Below, piece by piece: positions 16,679 to 27,458 of a stretch of DNA of 64,000 nucleotides (position 1 is the first letter of the stretch; each line of letters starts with the position of its first letter). The stretch lies in IMG/VR virus record IMGVR_UViG_3300010049_000014, positions 2,025-66,024 of that record; one strand, 5' to 3'. A model generated the notes under the pieces. The model was not told where the DNA came from, searched no databases, and worked only from the letters and a program-made list of their open reading frames with translations. The translations under genes were made by a program, and so were the position numbers. The DNA comes from a virus.

Positions 16679-19600
16679 TATCGCCCTCCTTCTGATATTT
16701 CGCGTTCTTGAAGTCCGCCACGCGTAGTATAAATTTTCCCTGGTGTTACTTGTACATCGGAACGGTTTTCTATGATGAGTTGGAGATGCGTATTTATGTC
16801 CAAAGACCCAAAATCATTTGAAAGACTTTCGCTTATCGCACGCATATCTCGAAACAATTGTCCTAATGCTTCTTGATTAAAATGCCCTAGTTGTGTGACA
16901 TAATGGTCTCCAAAATCGCCTTCGCGTATAATGCGTTGCGCAAGTGTATTGCGTGTAACAGGTATACCTGCTGCTTCCATTTCTCGCAACTCTTGCGCAA
17001 GCCAATCGGCACTAGTATCCAGCCACCTATTGTTTGCGTTTGCCTGCTCGTTTTGTTGCGTGACCCCACGGTCTGCCCTGCCTAAATTTATAGCTGTGTT
17101 TAGATTGTCGCGCCGTATTTGTGCAGCATTTGGTGCTATCGCCGCACGCGCAATTGGATCACCTATTGTAGTAATAAAGTTAATTACATCCTGAAACTCT
17201 GCTGCTGCATAAGTGCCAAAATTGCGTCCCCGTACTTGACGTGTAACATTACCTAAGTTTTGTGTCGTAAGCGCTATACGATGTGCCTCTATTTGTTGTG
17301 TAATATCACTAGTACGCTGCTGTAAAAGCCTTTGTGCTATAATTTCAGGGGTCATATCAACGCCTCGGCGGCTTAGACGCTGATTCCCTGTCACCTGGCG
17401 TATACGCTCTGCCTCCATTGCTGGGTTTTCAACAAAAAATAGCTCATTAGCTGTCATTTGTGCGATCATCAACCTGGCAAATTCATCACGTGCTTCAAGA
17501 GTGTTTGCAAGCCATACAGGAAATGTCCCTTCATGGAAGTGCCGTTGCATTTCACGCGCCATACTTAGCCTAAATCCTCTTTCTCCTGTAGGGTCTGTCT
17601 GTGATCTAAAGGGTGAATGAGCCATTAAATCTTCGTAAAACCCCTGTGGCATGAGCGCTCGATACCCTGCCGCAGTTCTATCCAGCGTTGCTTCCATAAA
17701 CGCCTTATTATACTCTATCTGGTCTGATAATCTACCCCTTGTTATTATGTTTGTTTCTGCTATCATTGCGCGTGAATCAAACCCAGGAATAAACGACGCA
17801 AAATGCAATGCAAATGCTAAAAGCACATCTTGTATTTTTTCTACAGCATTTATAAGATTTGGGCCAAAAGCGATTGCAAGTTGCCGTCTAAGCCAAGCAA
17901 ATATAGATTCAGTACTGTCTTGTATGGCTCTTATTGCGCGTAACAAATCTCTTGTTGCTGCATCTACCCCACTGTCGTGCAGTGCCATATCTATAACTGT
18001 TTGGTTATAGGAATTACGAATCATGCCATCAATAAAATCACGCGGGTCTAATGTTCCAGCTACCAATGCCGCGTGATTATTTGTTATATACTGCTGCATC
18101 TTACGATCAGCGGCAATAAGCGCATTAAAATTACGATAAACCTCACCACCACCAGGTGCTAAACCTTCGAGAGCAGCCGCATACTCGTTTGGATTTGCAG
18201 CACCTAATAGCCCTTGTCCACGATGTCTTGCACCAACAAGCGCGTGAGCAAGCATTGCCATTGTTACAGTTGAGACATCATGCTCGCCTCTTGTGGCATA
18301 CTCGACTATAGAATCAATTGTTCCACTGCCTGCACCTGCAAGCATTGGTGCAACACTACGTAGTGCATCACGAAGCCCAGCACCCTTGTCTTGTACAAGA
18401 TTGCCAAGTTTACCTGCTGCCGCCATATTCCATGCGTTAAAATCAACAGGAAGATTTGCTTTCTTCGATATTTCGCTAAACGCTGTATATAGCTGTGTAC
18501 GCGGAGCAGACACACCTGTATTTGTGCTTGTCGCAAAACGACTATATGCTTCCGCGCCTTGCTTAACAACTAAATCTGCCGCCTTATCTATTGCTGATAC
18601 TATGAGTTTACCAATAAGTAAAATAGCAGTCACAACACCCATAGCAGCACCAACCTTACCAAAAATACGACCTACTTGTCCTGCTGACCTTGAGCTAAAG
18701 CCCAAGCGCTTTAAAAACCGTCCTGTACGACCACTACCGCGCATATTTTCTGCATCTTCTCTACGCTGCACAGCGTCTCTATATCGTTGTCCACGTATGC
18801 CAGGACTACTTCTTAAATACGCGTCACGTCTTCTTTCTCTATCATCAGCAGCACGTTCATTCCATGTGATACGGTCATCACGTTTCTCTTGTAAATCTTC
18901 CATATCATTGCGCGTGCTAAAAGTAAGCGGCGATACGGTACGTCCTTCTCTAGCAAATTGCCTTGCTAATTTCGGTTCATTAGCGTCAAGGCGTTCTAAA
19001 GCAGAAAGAAACTGCGGCCTGCTCTGCATCATCGTTATATAGTCGTCACGTTCGCCAGCATTATATCGTGCTGCAACGCGGTTAAATTCTTCTTGTTTAA
19101 GTCCTTCTCTCATCTGCACCCTTCGGTGCTTTGGCAGCGCGGCTTCCATGCCTGACGGAAATTGTGCATAATGCCACCAATCATCATTACCTGCTGCTTC
19201 CTCTGCTGTAATTATGGCTTCCCCGGTAAGTTCTTTCATTGACCTTGCGTTCATTGCTGCACGCATCAGTGCGTCTGCAAACACAGGGTCTGCTGCCTGC
19301 TGTTGATTTGCTATTCTTCTTGCTCCGCTCTCAAACATACGCCTGCTGCCCTTTGACGCAGCATCGTAGTCTCTATGGGTGTATCCAACGCCATAAGACG
19401 ACATCATGGTATCTAAATCACTAATACGCGCATCATCCAATTTTTGCATATAAGAAAAAATAGATGTGCTTCGCATAGTTTCCGGGTCTGTAATCATGCT
19501 GCGCATCATACGACCAGGAGCGCTTATTTTGCGTCGGCCACCACGACCAATTTCTTCAGTAATGCCTTGAGCAGTCATTTGTTGTCGCACTTCGCTTGGT

Positions 19601-20055
19601 ATTGTTGTATCACCTCTGAATGTCCTTGAGCGCATAGCAACATCTTCAACACCGAAATAAAAGGCGTTTTTTATTTGCGCAGCCTTAGCTAACTGTGCAG
19701 GAGAAAGTACACGAACACCAGCATCATCTACCGCAGGACTTACCATTGCCTCGATTCGGGAAACAAGAGATGTCTCCATCAAATCCTGAAGCTCATCTGC
19801 CTTCATTTGGGAATCGAAATTGACGTAGGAGGTTCTGCCATTTAGCGTACCCTCAACATTAAATTGTTTTATTGGTGTATTTGATTCTCTTGCTGCACGC
19901 TGCCGTAGTTCTGACGTTACCCGCTGCTGTATTTTTATTATTTCATCTAACGCATTGGGATTGTCATTAAATACGCTTCGTATGGCATCGTAATCAAGAT
20001 GAATAAAACCATGCTGTTTAGGATCACTGCCCCGGTTGCTTAATCGTCTTGGCAT
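16678..20055 (-). CDS. Tape measure protein
   Basis: 1125 aa, Ala/Gly-rich and helical with a central hydrophobic segment. Follows the tube and chaperone genes. Confidence 0.75.
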   Translation of the reverse strand: MPRRLSNRGSDPKQHGFIHLDYDAIRSVFNDNPNALDEIIKIQQRVTSELRQRAARESNTPIKQFNVEGTLNGRTSYVNFDSQMKADELQDLMETSLVSRIEAMVSPAVDDAGVRVLSPAQLAKAAQIKNAFYFGVEDVAMRSRTFRGDTTIPSEVRQQMTAQGITEEIGRGGRRKISAPGRMMRSMITDPETMRSTSIFSYMQKLDDARISDLDTMMSSYGVGYTHRDYDAASKGSRRMFESGARRIANQQQAADPVFADALMRAAMNARSMKELTGEAIITAEEAAGNDDWWHYAQFPSGMEAALPKHRRVQMREGLKQEEFNRVAARYNAGERDDYITMMQSRPQFLSALERLDANEPKLARQFAREGRTVSPLTFSTRNDMEDLQEKRDDRITWNERAADDRERRRDAYLRSSPGIRGQRYRDAVQRREDAENMRGSGRTGRFLKRLGFSSRSAGQVGRIFGKVGAAMGVVTAILLIGKLIVSAIDKAADLVVKQGAEAYSRFATSTNTGVSAPRTQLYTAFSEISKKANLPVDFNAWNMAAAGKLGNLVQDKGAGLRDALRSVAPMLAGAGSGTIDSIVEYATRGEHDVSTVTMAMLAHALVGARHRGQGLLGAANPNEYAAALEGLAPGGGEVYRNFNALIAADRKMQQYITNNHAALVAGTLDPRDFIDGMIRNSYNQTVIDMALHDSGVDAATRDLLRAIRAIQDSTESIFAWLRRQLAIAFGPNLINAVEKIQDVLLAFALHFASFIPGFDSRAMIAETNIITRGRLSDQIEYNKAFMEATLDRTAAGYRALMPQGFYEDLMAHSPFRSQTDPTGERGFRLSMAREMQRHFHEGTFPVWLANTLEARDEFARLMIAQMTANELFFVENPAMEAERIRQVTGNQRLSRRGVDMTPEIIAQRLLQQRTSDITQQIEAHRIALTTQNLGNVTRQVRGRNFGTYAAAEFQDVINFITTIGDPIARAAIAPNAAQIRRDNLNTAINLGRADRGVTQQNEQANANNRWLDTSADWLAQELREMEAAGIPVTRNTLAQRIIREGDFGDHYVTQLGHFNQEALGQLFRDMRAISESLSNDFGSLDINTHLQLIIENRSDVQVTPGKIYTTRGGLQEREISEGGR

Positions 20056-20340
20056 TTACTTTACCCCTGTCTGTTTTCTTTCTGCTTCAGCCTGCGCTCG
20101 TACACGTTCTAGTATTACAGCTTTTGTTTTGCGATAATTTACGAATTCAAAAAGCTCACGCCAGTCTTCAGGACGCAATCCATCTTCTTTACAAAAATCT
20201 CTATAGCAGAAAAGAAGTGTGTTTTTGCCGAAATACCTTTCAACAATGTATTTACTCTGTGCCCCGTCTTTCTCTATCTCTTTGGCTTCGTCTCCGCGGC
20301 CGACGCGGGTGCTTTTCCAGGCCGCGGAAACTTTTTTCCC
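20056..20340 (-). other. -1 programmed frameshift extension of the tail assembly chaperone (gpGT-like)
   Basis: Slippery G GGA AAA AAG at 20331-20340. The -1 frame is open (KVSAAW...RKQTGVK*) and stops at 20056-20058, abutting the tape measure ATG. Confidence 0.8.
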
Positions 20341-20750
20341 AGCTTACCACCCATGAACTCAACAAGCCAATACACAAGCCACGGGTACTCTGACACGCAG
20401 TCCATTTGTCGAAGATCATCATCTTTAGTTTGTACATACATTTGACCAAGGACTGTAGTTTTTCTATCGTCGTCTAGCATCTTAATGCAGATTGTTTTGC
20501 CTGTAAGGTATTGCATCATAAGGTCATACATGACATCAAAGTTTTCAATGTCACATAATGCCCTGCACTCCTCAAGTACAGGGACTTTAGCAAGACCGTC
20601 AGGAAACTCAAATATAATTCGATTGTGCTTTACATAATCTCTAAGGAGATCATCTTCTTCTTTTTCTTCAAGGTCTGCTGCTGACAGTACCAAGAACTGT
20701 GATTTTTTGGGAGTATTAGTACTCCCTACAGCCGTCTTTGTAGGGTTCAT
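20274..20750 (-). CDS. Tail assembly chaperone (gpG-like)
   Basis: Between tube and tape measure genes. Slippery site near the 3' end. Confidence 0.75.
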   Translation of the reverse strand: MNPTKTAVGSTNTPKKSQFLVLSAADLEEKEEDDLLRDYVKHNRIIFEFPDGLAKVPVLEECRALCDIENFDVMYDLMMQYLTGKTICIKMLDDDRKTTVLGQMYVQTKDDDLRQMDCVSEYPWLVYWLVEFMGGKLGKKFPRPGKAPASAAETKPKR

Positions 20751-20761
20751 ACTTTATTCCT

Positions 20762-21613
20762 TTATGCCTGTTGGCCCCAGCCAGGGATTAGCTCATTGCC
20801 TACACGCTGCTCTGCGCCGCTACTGTCAGAAAGATTACCAATACCAAAACCAGGATTAGGCGAAATAACTGGTTGATTTCCAGGTATAGCCACGTCAGCA
20901 TTTGTAGCTGCTGTTGTACCATCAATGTCAGCGTTACCTTGGTTGTATTCTCCACCCTGGTCAACCCTACCAATACCATTGATTTGAAACGGTACGAAAT
21001 TGCCTTCCAAGCCGTGCTGATTACCAACTGCCCACAATACTTTACTGGTTATGCCTGTACCAATTTTTAAACCCTCAATCCAACCAGCATAAAGCATGGT
21101 CATTGAGTATGTCGGCACAGCATTACCTGCATCTACGTCATGCGGAAAGTTCGCCCACGATACACCGTAATAAATACGTGTAAGTGCGCCAGCAGAAGTA
21201 AAACGTCTGCGGCAAAGAACGCCGCCAATGTTGTCTTTACTTGACGCGATAAACGGTGCGATGGCCGTAAGGTCTCCATCACGCACAAGCCCTGTACCTG
21301 GCAGTACAGTGAGTGTTGCAGAGCCATTCATAAGATGGTTTGTAATGGTGATGGTCGAGCCATCAACCATTACTTCCTGCAACGCATTTGCCTGTGCTGG
21401 CGTGGCGTTGAAGAACGTGTCATTCAAGCGCAACGACCGGGAGATATTTACTTCGTTGATGGAGCCGACAAGCGCTTCATCAGCACTAGGTATTGCTACA
21501 CCAGCACCCAACAACTGTCCTGTCAGAAAAGGATGCGCGTAAGTATATAAACTTCCGCCTGCTGTCCTAAATCTTGCGGCAGGCGCTTTACCTGCCCTAT
21601 TATTTGCATACAT
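20762..21613 (-). CDS. Tail tube protein
   Basis: Follows the sheath. Beta-rich core (GSTITITNHLMNGSATLTVL) with a C-terminal extension. Confidence 0.65.
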   Translation of the reverse strand: MYANNRAGKAPAARFRTAGGSLYTYAHPFLTGQLLGAGVAIPSADEALVGSINEVNISRSLRLNDTFFNATPAQANALQEVMVDGSTITITNHLMNGSATLTVLPGTGLVRDGDLTAIAPFIASSKDNIGGVLCRRRFTSAGALTRIYYGVSWANFPHDVDAGNAVPTYSMTMLYAGWIEGLKIGTGITSKVLWAVGNQHGLEGNFVPFQINGIGRVDQGGEYNQGNADIDGTTAATNADVAIPGNQPVISPNPGFGIGNLSDSSGAEQRVGNELIPGWGQQA

Positions 21614-21626
21614 TTATTTCCTCCTG

Positions 21627-23924
21627 TTATTCAGCGACTATGCCGCCAGATACCTCGATCTCATCAAGATCATCTTTGTATGTGGCACGCCATGAAGACG
21701 CTGCTGAGAGCGCAGTGCGAGATTTCCTTGCTTGCGCAAAGTCAGGAAACACCAAAGTGACAGAAGTTAGTCTGCCGTTAGTTCCACTGAATCTGCCAAG
21801 CTGTGTTCGTACAAGCCTTTGTATGTCTCCATACGCAGCTTCATCAGCCATTACAGGGTCTGTCAGTGTACCAGTATTTGTAATCATCTTCGCTGCTTCT
21901 TGCGCACAAGTATAATCTACAAACTTAGAAATCATCAGCATTGATACTGGAAGTCCTTTATCAATGTCACCTACACACCTTGCCATAGTTAAATAACTTT
22001 CTTGCGGTGTGTTATCTGCGATAGTAGCAAGATGTCCTACGTTCATGTCACGTAACTGTTGGTGTCCATCAGCATCATTTTCATTTATAGAGCTGTCTAA
22101 CCATGATGGCCAGCCTAATGGTTTTATTCGTGTGCCGCTTAGACGAAGCAGAGAGAGTTTATTGCCTATGTAGGTGCCTGAACTATTCCGTGCGCCGAAC
22201 CATGCTGCTAGAATGTCAGCAATAATATATTGTGGCTCGCTATGTACTAATACACACGTGTTTTGGCACTCCATCAGATACAACGCTGCCCAATAGTACC
22301 GGGCGCGGTTTCCTATTGCAATATCAGTCATATTCTCTAGTTGTTCTGCACGTTTCGCAAAGCGAATCCAGCATCTATCCTGCATATTGGGCATCTTGTC
22401 TTCATAAGATATTTTAACAAGAGACCACATAAGTGAAAGACTTATGTTGGTTTTGCAAAGATAAGCAAGAGCTAAAGACATATCAAAGAACTGTGACGGT
22501 GCCTGAAGCGGTGTAGTTATTGGTTCAATTCCTTGGGTAGTACCAAGAAGCAATACAGCTATTCCAGAAGGGAACGGAACTGGGAACATACGTGGGTCTA
22601 AGATATTTCCTTCAAGGGTGCCCTGACCAAGATTTGGAGCCACACCATTTATCGTAGCATGGATGCGTACCTGCGATGATACATCATCTGGCCTCATTGT
22701 AAGCGCTGTAGGCATATCAATTATAAATGTTGTAACACCATCAAAATATTGATACGCACCCTGCGCAATTGTTATTTCTTCACCAGTGCCAGGATTAGTA
22801 CCGTCAATAATATTTGTGCTTGTTACAAGCATACCAGCAGGAGGTAATGTTCCATAGAACAGTCCTGTTATATTCATGCCTTCTACAAGCCCAGGAGCTT
22901 CGCCCACTGTTAGTGGTCTTACGTTCGGGAATACAACATTACCGCCGTTAGGTGATAGGACGTACTCCTCATTGACCATGATGTTCCAAATCTTTGATCC
23001 GTCATTATAGGTATAAGTTCCAGGATAAAGAATTAAAGAACCACCTGATATGGCATTTGTACCAGGCACTACATTTTGTATAACATCCAAAGTAAATGCA
23101 CTAAATGTCAGTGAGCCTTGCAGCCAATCTTGTATTGTTGACGCTGATGTGACTAACCCAAACTGCGGGTCTGCGCCAGCGTTATTCGCAACAAAATTAA
23201 GCGTAAATGAAGTATTATCAACAACACTGATAGGAGCAGCGACTACAGCCTGATAAGTTATACCACCACCGCCAGGAATAGAATATGTGTCTGCTGAAAC
23301 ACCAATAGGATTGCCTGTGTTGTTGTCGAGAACAACGTCAAACGAACCTTGTGTCGCAGGAGTAATTGCGCCGGACAATGGATTTGTGAATACCACGTCC
23401 TGTCTTGCGAAAGTTCCGCCTCTTGTTTGGTTGATGAGCCGGATTCTCATTTCCGCAGGTGCCCCTGGGGAAACAGGAATTGTCACATCACGCCCATCAA
23501 AGTGCGGATCAAACATATACTTAAAATATGAGAACGGAAACAACGCGTTAAACGCAGTTGTCAAAGGTTCGTATGTAATCATACGCTCCTGCATTTCCCA
23601 TCCATCAGTAACACCATCATCAAAAACTATGAGGTACATTATCACTGCACCATTTGTGTCTTGCCTAAAAATAGGCTGCCACTGTGCGAGCAAGTTACCC
23701 GTCATAATTTTTGCGTAGTTGTCTACTACCGCTACAAACACCGCAGGGGTTTCTGGCGTAACTAGAGTATCATCCCAACCGATGATATTCTGTGCCGCGA
23801 ACCGCTTTGGTATGTAGATTGATTGTGCGTTAAACAGTTCATTGATGTTATGTACAATAACATCTGTCGTAGAACGAAAACGCATCCTTGCTTGTGCAAG
23901 GCTCCCAACGTAATTCAAATTCAC
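21627..23924 (-). CDS. Tail sheath protein with inserted beta-sandwich repeats
   Basis: 765 aa, GTG start, upstream of the tube gene. Sheath-like C-terminus with an Ig-like insert. Confidence 0.7.
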   Translation of the reverse strand: MNLNYVGSLAQARMRFRSTTDVIVHNINELFNAQSIYIPKRFAAQNIIGWDDTLVTPETPAVFVAVVDNYAKIMTGNLLAQWQPIFRQDTNGAVIMYLIVFDDGVTDGWEMQERMITYEPLTTAFNALFPFSYFKYMFDPHFDGRDVTIPVSPGAPAEMRIRLINQTRGGTFARQDVVFTNPLSGAITPATQGSFDVVLDNNTGNPIGVSADTYSIPGGGGITYQAVVAAPISVVDNTSFTLNFVANNAGADPQFGLVTSASTIQDWLQGSLTFSAFTLDVIQNVVPGTNAISGGSLILYPGTYTYNDGSKIWNIMVNEEYVLSPNGGNVVFPNVRPLTVGEAPGLVEGMNITGLFYGTLPPAGMLVTSTNIIDGTNPGTGEEITIAQGAYQYFDGVTTFIIDMPTALTMRPDDVSSQVRIHATINGVAPNLGQGTLEGNILDPRMFPVPFPSGIAVLLLGTTQGIEPITTPLQAPSQFFDMSLALAYLCKTNISLSLMWSLVKISYEDKMPNMQDRCWIRFAKRAEQLENMTDIAIGNRARYYWAALYLMECQNTCVLVHSEPQYIIADILAAWFGARNSSGTYIGNKLSLLRLSGTRIKPLGWPSWLDSSINENDADGHQQLRDMNVGHLATIADNTPQESYLTMARCVGDIDKGLPVSMLMISKFVDYTCAQEAAKMITNTGTLTDPVMADEAAYGDIQRLVRTQLGRFSGTNGRLTSVTLVFPDFAQARKSRTALSAASSWRATYKDDLDEIEVSGGIVAE

Positions 23925-23976
23925 ACTACACCTCCACGTCGTAGTTTTGTTAGTTCACCCTGCGGCAAACAATATA

Positions 23977-24549
23977 CTAATTTCCCTTTGAGACAATACC
24001 TGCCGCAAAAGATATATACTCTAACACATCCGCGCCACTACCATCGCTAAAATCCAGGATTTCATCGTATTGTAGCTTAAACGTCAGCGTAAAAGCCTTA
24101 GTTGTATTCGCCATCTTAAAGTAGTCTATGTTGCTTGGTATTATAGGACTAACATAGGGCAGCAGCATAGCATTACAATAACTACCAAATATTATGGCAC
24201 AATGCTTGTGCATTGTCAAATGGTGAAAACTCTTTGCCCACTGCTCCGCTCTTGTCCCCAAAAACCGCAATGTAATATTTGCCAATTTATTTGTGGAATT
24301 AAAGTTCTGTACGTTAAAGTCATGCGTCAACCTGTCATCAGAGTTAATCCAGTACTGAATCCATGTATCTTGGCTTCCGGGCTCTATAGGGTTCATAAAG
24401 TTATGCTGCATAGGAACCACAAACCGCTTAGCCTCATTAAACTCCTCTTGCGTCATATCCTTATGTCTGAAATACAAATCTGTAATAGCAGCGCGAACAG
24501 ATTCAAATGTAACACCCTTTATATCTAATTTAGGCCCCGGAACTGTCAT
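23977..24549 (-). CDS. Putative tail terminator/completion protein
   Basis: Position immediately before the sheath. 190 aa. Confidence 0.5.
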   Translation of the reverse strand: MTVPGPKLDIKGVTFESVRAAITDLYFRHKDMTQEEFNEAKRFVVPMQHNFMNPIEPGSQDTWIQYWINSDDRLTHDFNVQNFNSTNKLANITLRFLGTRAEQWAKSFHHLTMHKHCAIIFGSYCNAMLLPYVSPIIPSNIDYFKMANTTKAFTLTFKLQYDEILDFSDGSGADVLEYISFAAGIVSKGN

Positions 24550-25607
24550 TACGCTGCCTCCTGGTCTACATTTATGTATATGTTCATATTGTCAATTAGT
24601 TGTCCTGAAGCATAGAACACATGGTTTATGAAAGGGTCTAATCCCAACTCCCTACGCCTTTCCGCAGTAGCTTCAGTTATAGCACTATAATTAAGGTTTA
24701 TCTCACCTGTAGAAAGCATCACAATAATGTCCTGTCTTATTTCTTCTGCCACACGCTCAAGCTCGGCTTTATAATAAGCATTTCTCCATATAGCAAAATC
24801 GTCAATTCCAAATGTTTGGCCATAGGTAAACTTAATATCTTGCGCCTGCGCCGCAGAAGCAGAAAGAAGCCTGCCGGTTCCGGCCTGCTGGATACGGGCG
24901 CGTGGGTTGTTTTTATACTGCCTGATTGCTTTGTATAAGTCTTCAGACATCGCTTTATTTATTTTATCTTTTACTTCAATAAATGAATGATAACAACCTC
25001 TTTCCCTGAAGTGCTGGTTAAAGTACGTAGTTACAAAATACTCGCCTTCATTAAACCCAAGGCATAAAAACTCGTACAAAAGTCTGAATGTGAACCCGGA
25101 CTTGCCGTATTCACCTACAGAACTTTGTCCAGTTCTGCCGTAGCGCATTTTGTGTATTTGTTCACTCATATTGCCAACCATCGTGAAAAATGTTGTGTTT
25201 GAGAACTTATTATCACGAACAGCATCTGTGAAGTTATAAAGGATTTCAAAATTGGTAAAGCCCATACTGCTGTCCATCATTTCAGCATCCCAATCGAACT
25301 TGCTTTCATCTGTACCAACGTACCATTCATAAAGCGCATCCAAGTGCATTGGCTTTGACGTGCGTGCTACTATGTCTATTTCAGGCATATCTCTAGCCGA
25401 AGTACCACGATACCCACTACCCAAACTTTGCTTTGAAAACTTTTTCTCGTGTGCTGTAAGCTGCATTAGCGCAGCGTCATCAAGATAGCGTGCGAATATC
25501 TCTCTTTCTTCTTCCTCAAACGGGTCGCCTACACTTCTTGTGCGGCGTTGTCTGTACATATTGTGCGGGTCTGAAGATGTGAAAGGAAAATCTCGCCTAG
25601 TACGCAT
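24549..25607 (-). CDS. Neck protein, HK97 gp10-like C-terminus
   Basis: C-terminal AITEATAERRRELG...FYASGQLIDNM. Confidence 0.45.
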   Translation of the reverse strand: MRTRRDFPFTSSDPHNMYRQRRTRSVGDPFEEEEREIFARYLDDAALMQLTAHEKKFSKQSLGSGYRGTSARDMPEIDIVARTSKPMHLDALYEWYVGTDESKFDWDAEMMDSSMGFTNFEILYNFTDAVRDNKFSNTTFFTMVGNMSEQIHKMRYGRTGQSSVGEYGKSGFTFRLLYEFLCLGFNEGEYFVTTYFNQHFRERGCYHSFIEVKDKINKAMSEDLYKAIRQYKNNPRARIQQAGTGRLLSASAAQAQDIKFTYGQTFGIDDFAIWRNAYYKAELERVAEEIRQDIIVMLSTGEINLNYSAITEATAERRRELGLDPFINHVFYASGQLIDNMNIYINVDQEAA

Positions 25608-26004
25608 TAAGAATACGCTCCTCTACCTGCATATTTGGTACTTGTTGGTCGGTTGGGCCTGCCACAATCACCAGCTTGTGTACCGCAAAACCGCCCTCTC
25701 GTGCAAAATTGTTATCCTGCAAAAACTTAAATAACTCTCCGCTGTCCTCTACGTACATACCTTGCCTGATTGTACTGTTCGGTATCTCGTCGAAGCAATA
25801 AAATTTCGCCTGTTGTCCTTCTACAAATGTCCCGTCCGGCGCTGCCGCATCGCCCCCCGTATCCCTGGAGAGGTATGCTCTCATCGTCTTGTAGGGAGTA
25901 CGCGGTGTAAATCCCCCGCCCACCAGTGGTGACATACTGAATACTGTGTACGAACGCAGGAGTTCCGGGAAACTTGTCAGTAAATCGCCATAAACGCCTG
26001 GCAT
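25597..26004 (-). CDS. Putative head-closure protein
   Basis: Likely start MPGVYG at 26004. Position in the neck module. Confidence 0.5.
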   Translation of the reverse strand: MPGVYGDLLTSFPELLRSYTVFSMSPLVGGGFTPRTPYKTMRAYLSRDTGGDAAAPDGTFVEGQQAKFYCFDEIPNSTIRQGMYVEDSGELFKFLQDNNFAREGGFAVHKLVIVAGPTDQQVPNMQVEERILNAY

Positions 26005-26023
26005 TAAACACCGCCTTACCCTA

Positions 26024-26347
26024 TTATTCGACCTTGCCAGGGTTTGGCGCTGGGCTCCAAACAGGGGCGTTGGGAGCTTTGTCTGCTTTAGACGGCGAAG
26101 AAGGAGCGGACACCGCACCGCCAGCCGCCCCCTGTTTCGAGCTTCTCATTGGAAGAATTCTGCCAGTGACAATGCGCACCTCATCCATGAAAACCTGTCC
26201 AAGTTCTTTTTTTACTAAGTCTTCCATACAGTCACGTATAGATTCCAGTATCGGATAGCAAACGCCAGGTCTATATGGCGCTCCTCTGATTGTACATGAT
26301 ACGTGTACAATAAAAAATCGTGGTAAATTTTTGTTTACTTCTCTCAT
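26024..26347 (-). CDS. Hypothetical protein
   Basis: Coupled to the upstream gene. Low-complexity C-terminus. Confidence 0.5.
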   Translation of the reverse strand: MREVNKNLPRFFIVHVSCTIRGAPYRPGVCYPILESIRDCMEDLVKKELGQVFMDEVRIVTGRILPMRSSKQGAAGGAVSAPSSPSKADKAPNAPVWSPAPNPGKVE

Positions 26348-26829
26348 ACTCGCCGTCTCCCTTGTCCGATACGTGTGCGCTTTACAGCGGCACGAATCAT
26401 CATGTATGCTTTGTTACCCCAGGGATTTGATTTAAGCCCCGAAAGTAAATCCTGATAGTCTTTGTTTTGTCCTCTTGTGAAGCTGTCCTGAAACGTAAGT
26501 GTGACTGGCCCAATCTTTTTTGACTTTAAAGGAAGCCCACCCATAACAGGTGTTCCCGCTACAAGCAACGGGTACTGATCTGCAATATACCAACAAACAA
26601 GCAACCTAAACAGAAGAATGGTTTTGTCGTACCACACCTGTTCAGGCTGCATATCAAAAATTGTTTCACAGCCTGTAAACATTCCGTAAACAGCGTCTAT
26701 TGCTTCTTCCATTGTGCGAAGATGCTCGTCGCTTGTAAGATCAGGAAACGAGGCAAGATGCCATCGTCTTATGTCCGCAATCGTTACACGACGAGGAACG
26801 CCGTTTACGAAAATAGCTTCATCAGCCAT
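26344..26829 (-). CDS. Head-tail adaptor (DUF4054-like)
   Basis: VTIADIRR...FPDL, SKKIGPVTLTF, SNPWGNKAYMMI. Confidence 0.65.
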   Translation of the reverse strand: MADEAIFVNGVPRRVTIADIRRWHLASFPDLTSDEHLRTMEEAIDAVYGMFTGCETIFDMQPEQVWYDKTILLFRLLVCWYIADQYPLLVAGTPVMGGLPLKSKKIGPVTLTFQDSFTRGQNKDYQDLLSGLKSNPWGNKAYMMIRAAVKRTRIGQGRRRV

Positions 26830-27404
26830 TAAAACTCCGCTGGCTTTTCTTGCTGCTCTGGAAGCTCTACGCCTTTATCAGTACATAGTTTTTCAAGAAC
26901 CGCAATGTGATCTTTGGCATCATCAAGCTCAACCTGCATTTCAGCAATAATATCGTTTGCTGCCTGTAAGGCTTCATCGTTACCATCACTATCGTAAAAT
27001 GAGGCTTTTGTTTCTTCTACTGCCTTAGCAACAGCAGCGTCAACATCAGCTTGGCTAATGCCTCCGGCAGCTACCGCAGCTTCTGCTGCTGTAAGTTGCT
27101 TTTTTAACTCCGCAATCTGCCTTTCTTTTGCCGCAATTATTGACTGCGGTGTCATGGCTGATGCAGGTAAATCTTCCCGAACAACAAGAAGTTTTTGCTT
27201 AATAAAAGAATTAAACAGTTTACTTCCTGCTTTAAGGGCTTCAAGAGCCTTCTCATCCACAGGAGTAAAACCTGTGTGTGCTGGTTGTCCAGTGTATTTG
27301 TTGATTACAAAAGGGTAGAACTCACCGAGGACTTTCCCTTTTTCATCTTTACACCTAACGAGTGCTGTATGTCGGCACTCAATGTACATTACTTTTTTTG
27401 ACAT
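26829..27404 (-). CDS. Hypothetical protein with coiled coil
   Basis: AAGGAG SD. Follows the capsid gene. Confidence 0.65.
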   Translation of the reverse strand: MSKKVMYIECRHTALVRCKDEKGKVLGEFYPFVINKYTGQPAHTGFTPVDEKALEALKAGSKLFNSFIKQKLLVVREDLPASAMTPQSIIAAKERQIAELKKQLTAAEAAVAAGGISQADVDAAVAKAVEETKASFYDSDGNDEALQAANDIIAEMQVELDDAKDHIAVLEKLCTDKGVELPEQQEKPAEF

Positions 27405-27427
27405 AATTATATGCTCCTTCTTAAATT

Positions 27428-27453
27428 ATAACCGCCCCCGAAAGGGCGGTTAT
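27428..27453 (-). terminator. Hairpin downstream of the major capsid gene
   Basis: 10-bp stem ATAACCGCCC/GGGCGGTTAT with a 6-nt loop. Confidence 0.65.
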
Positions 27454-27458
27454 TCGCC

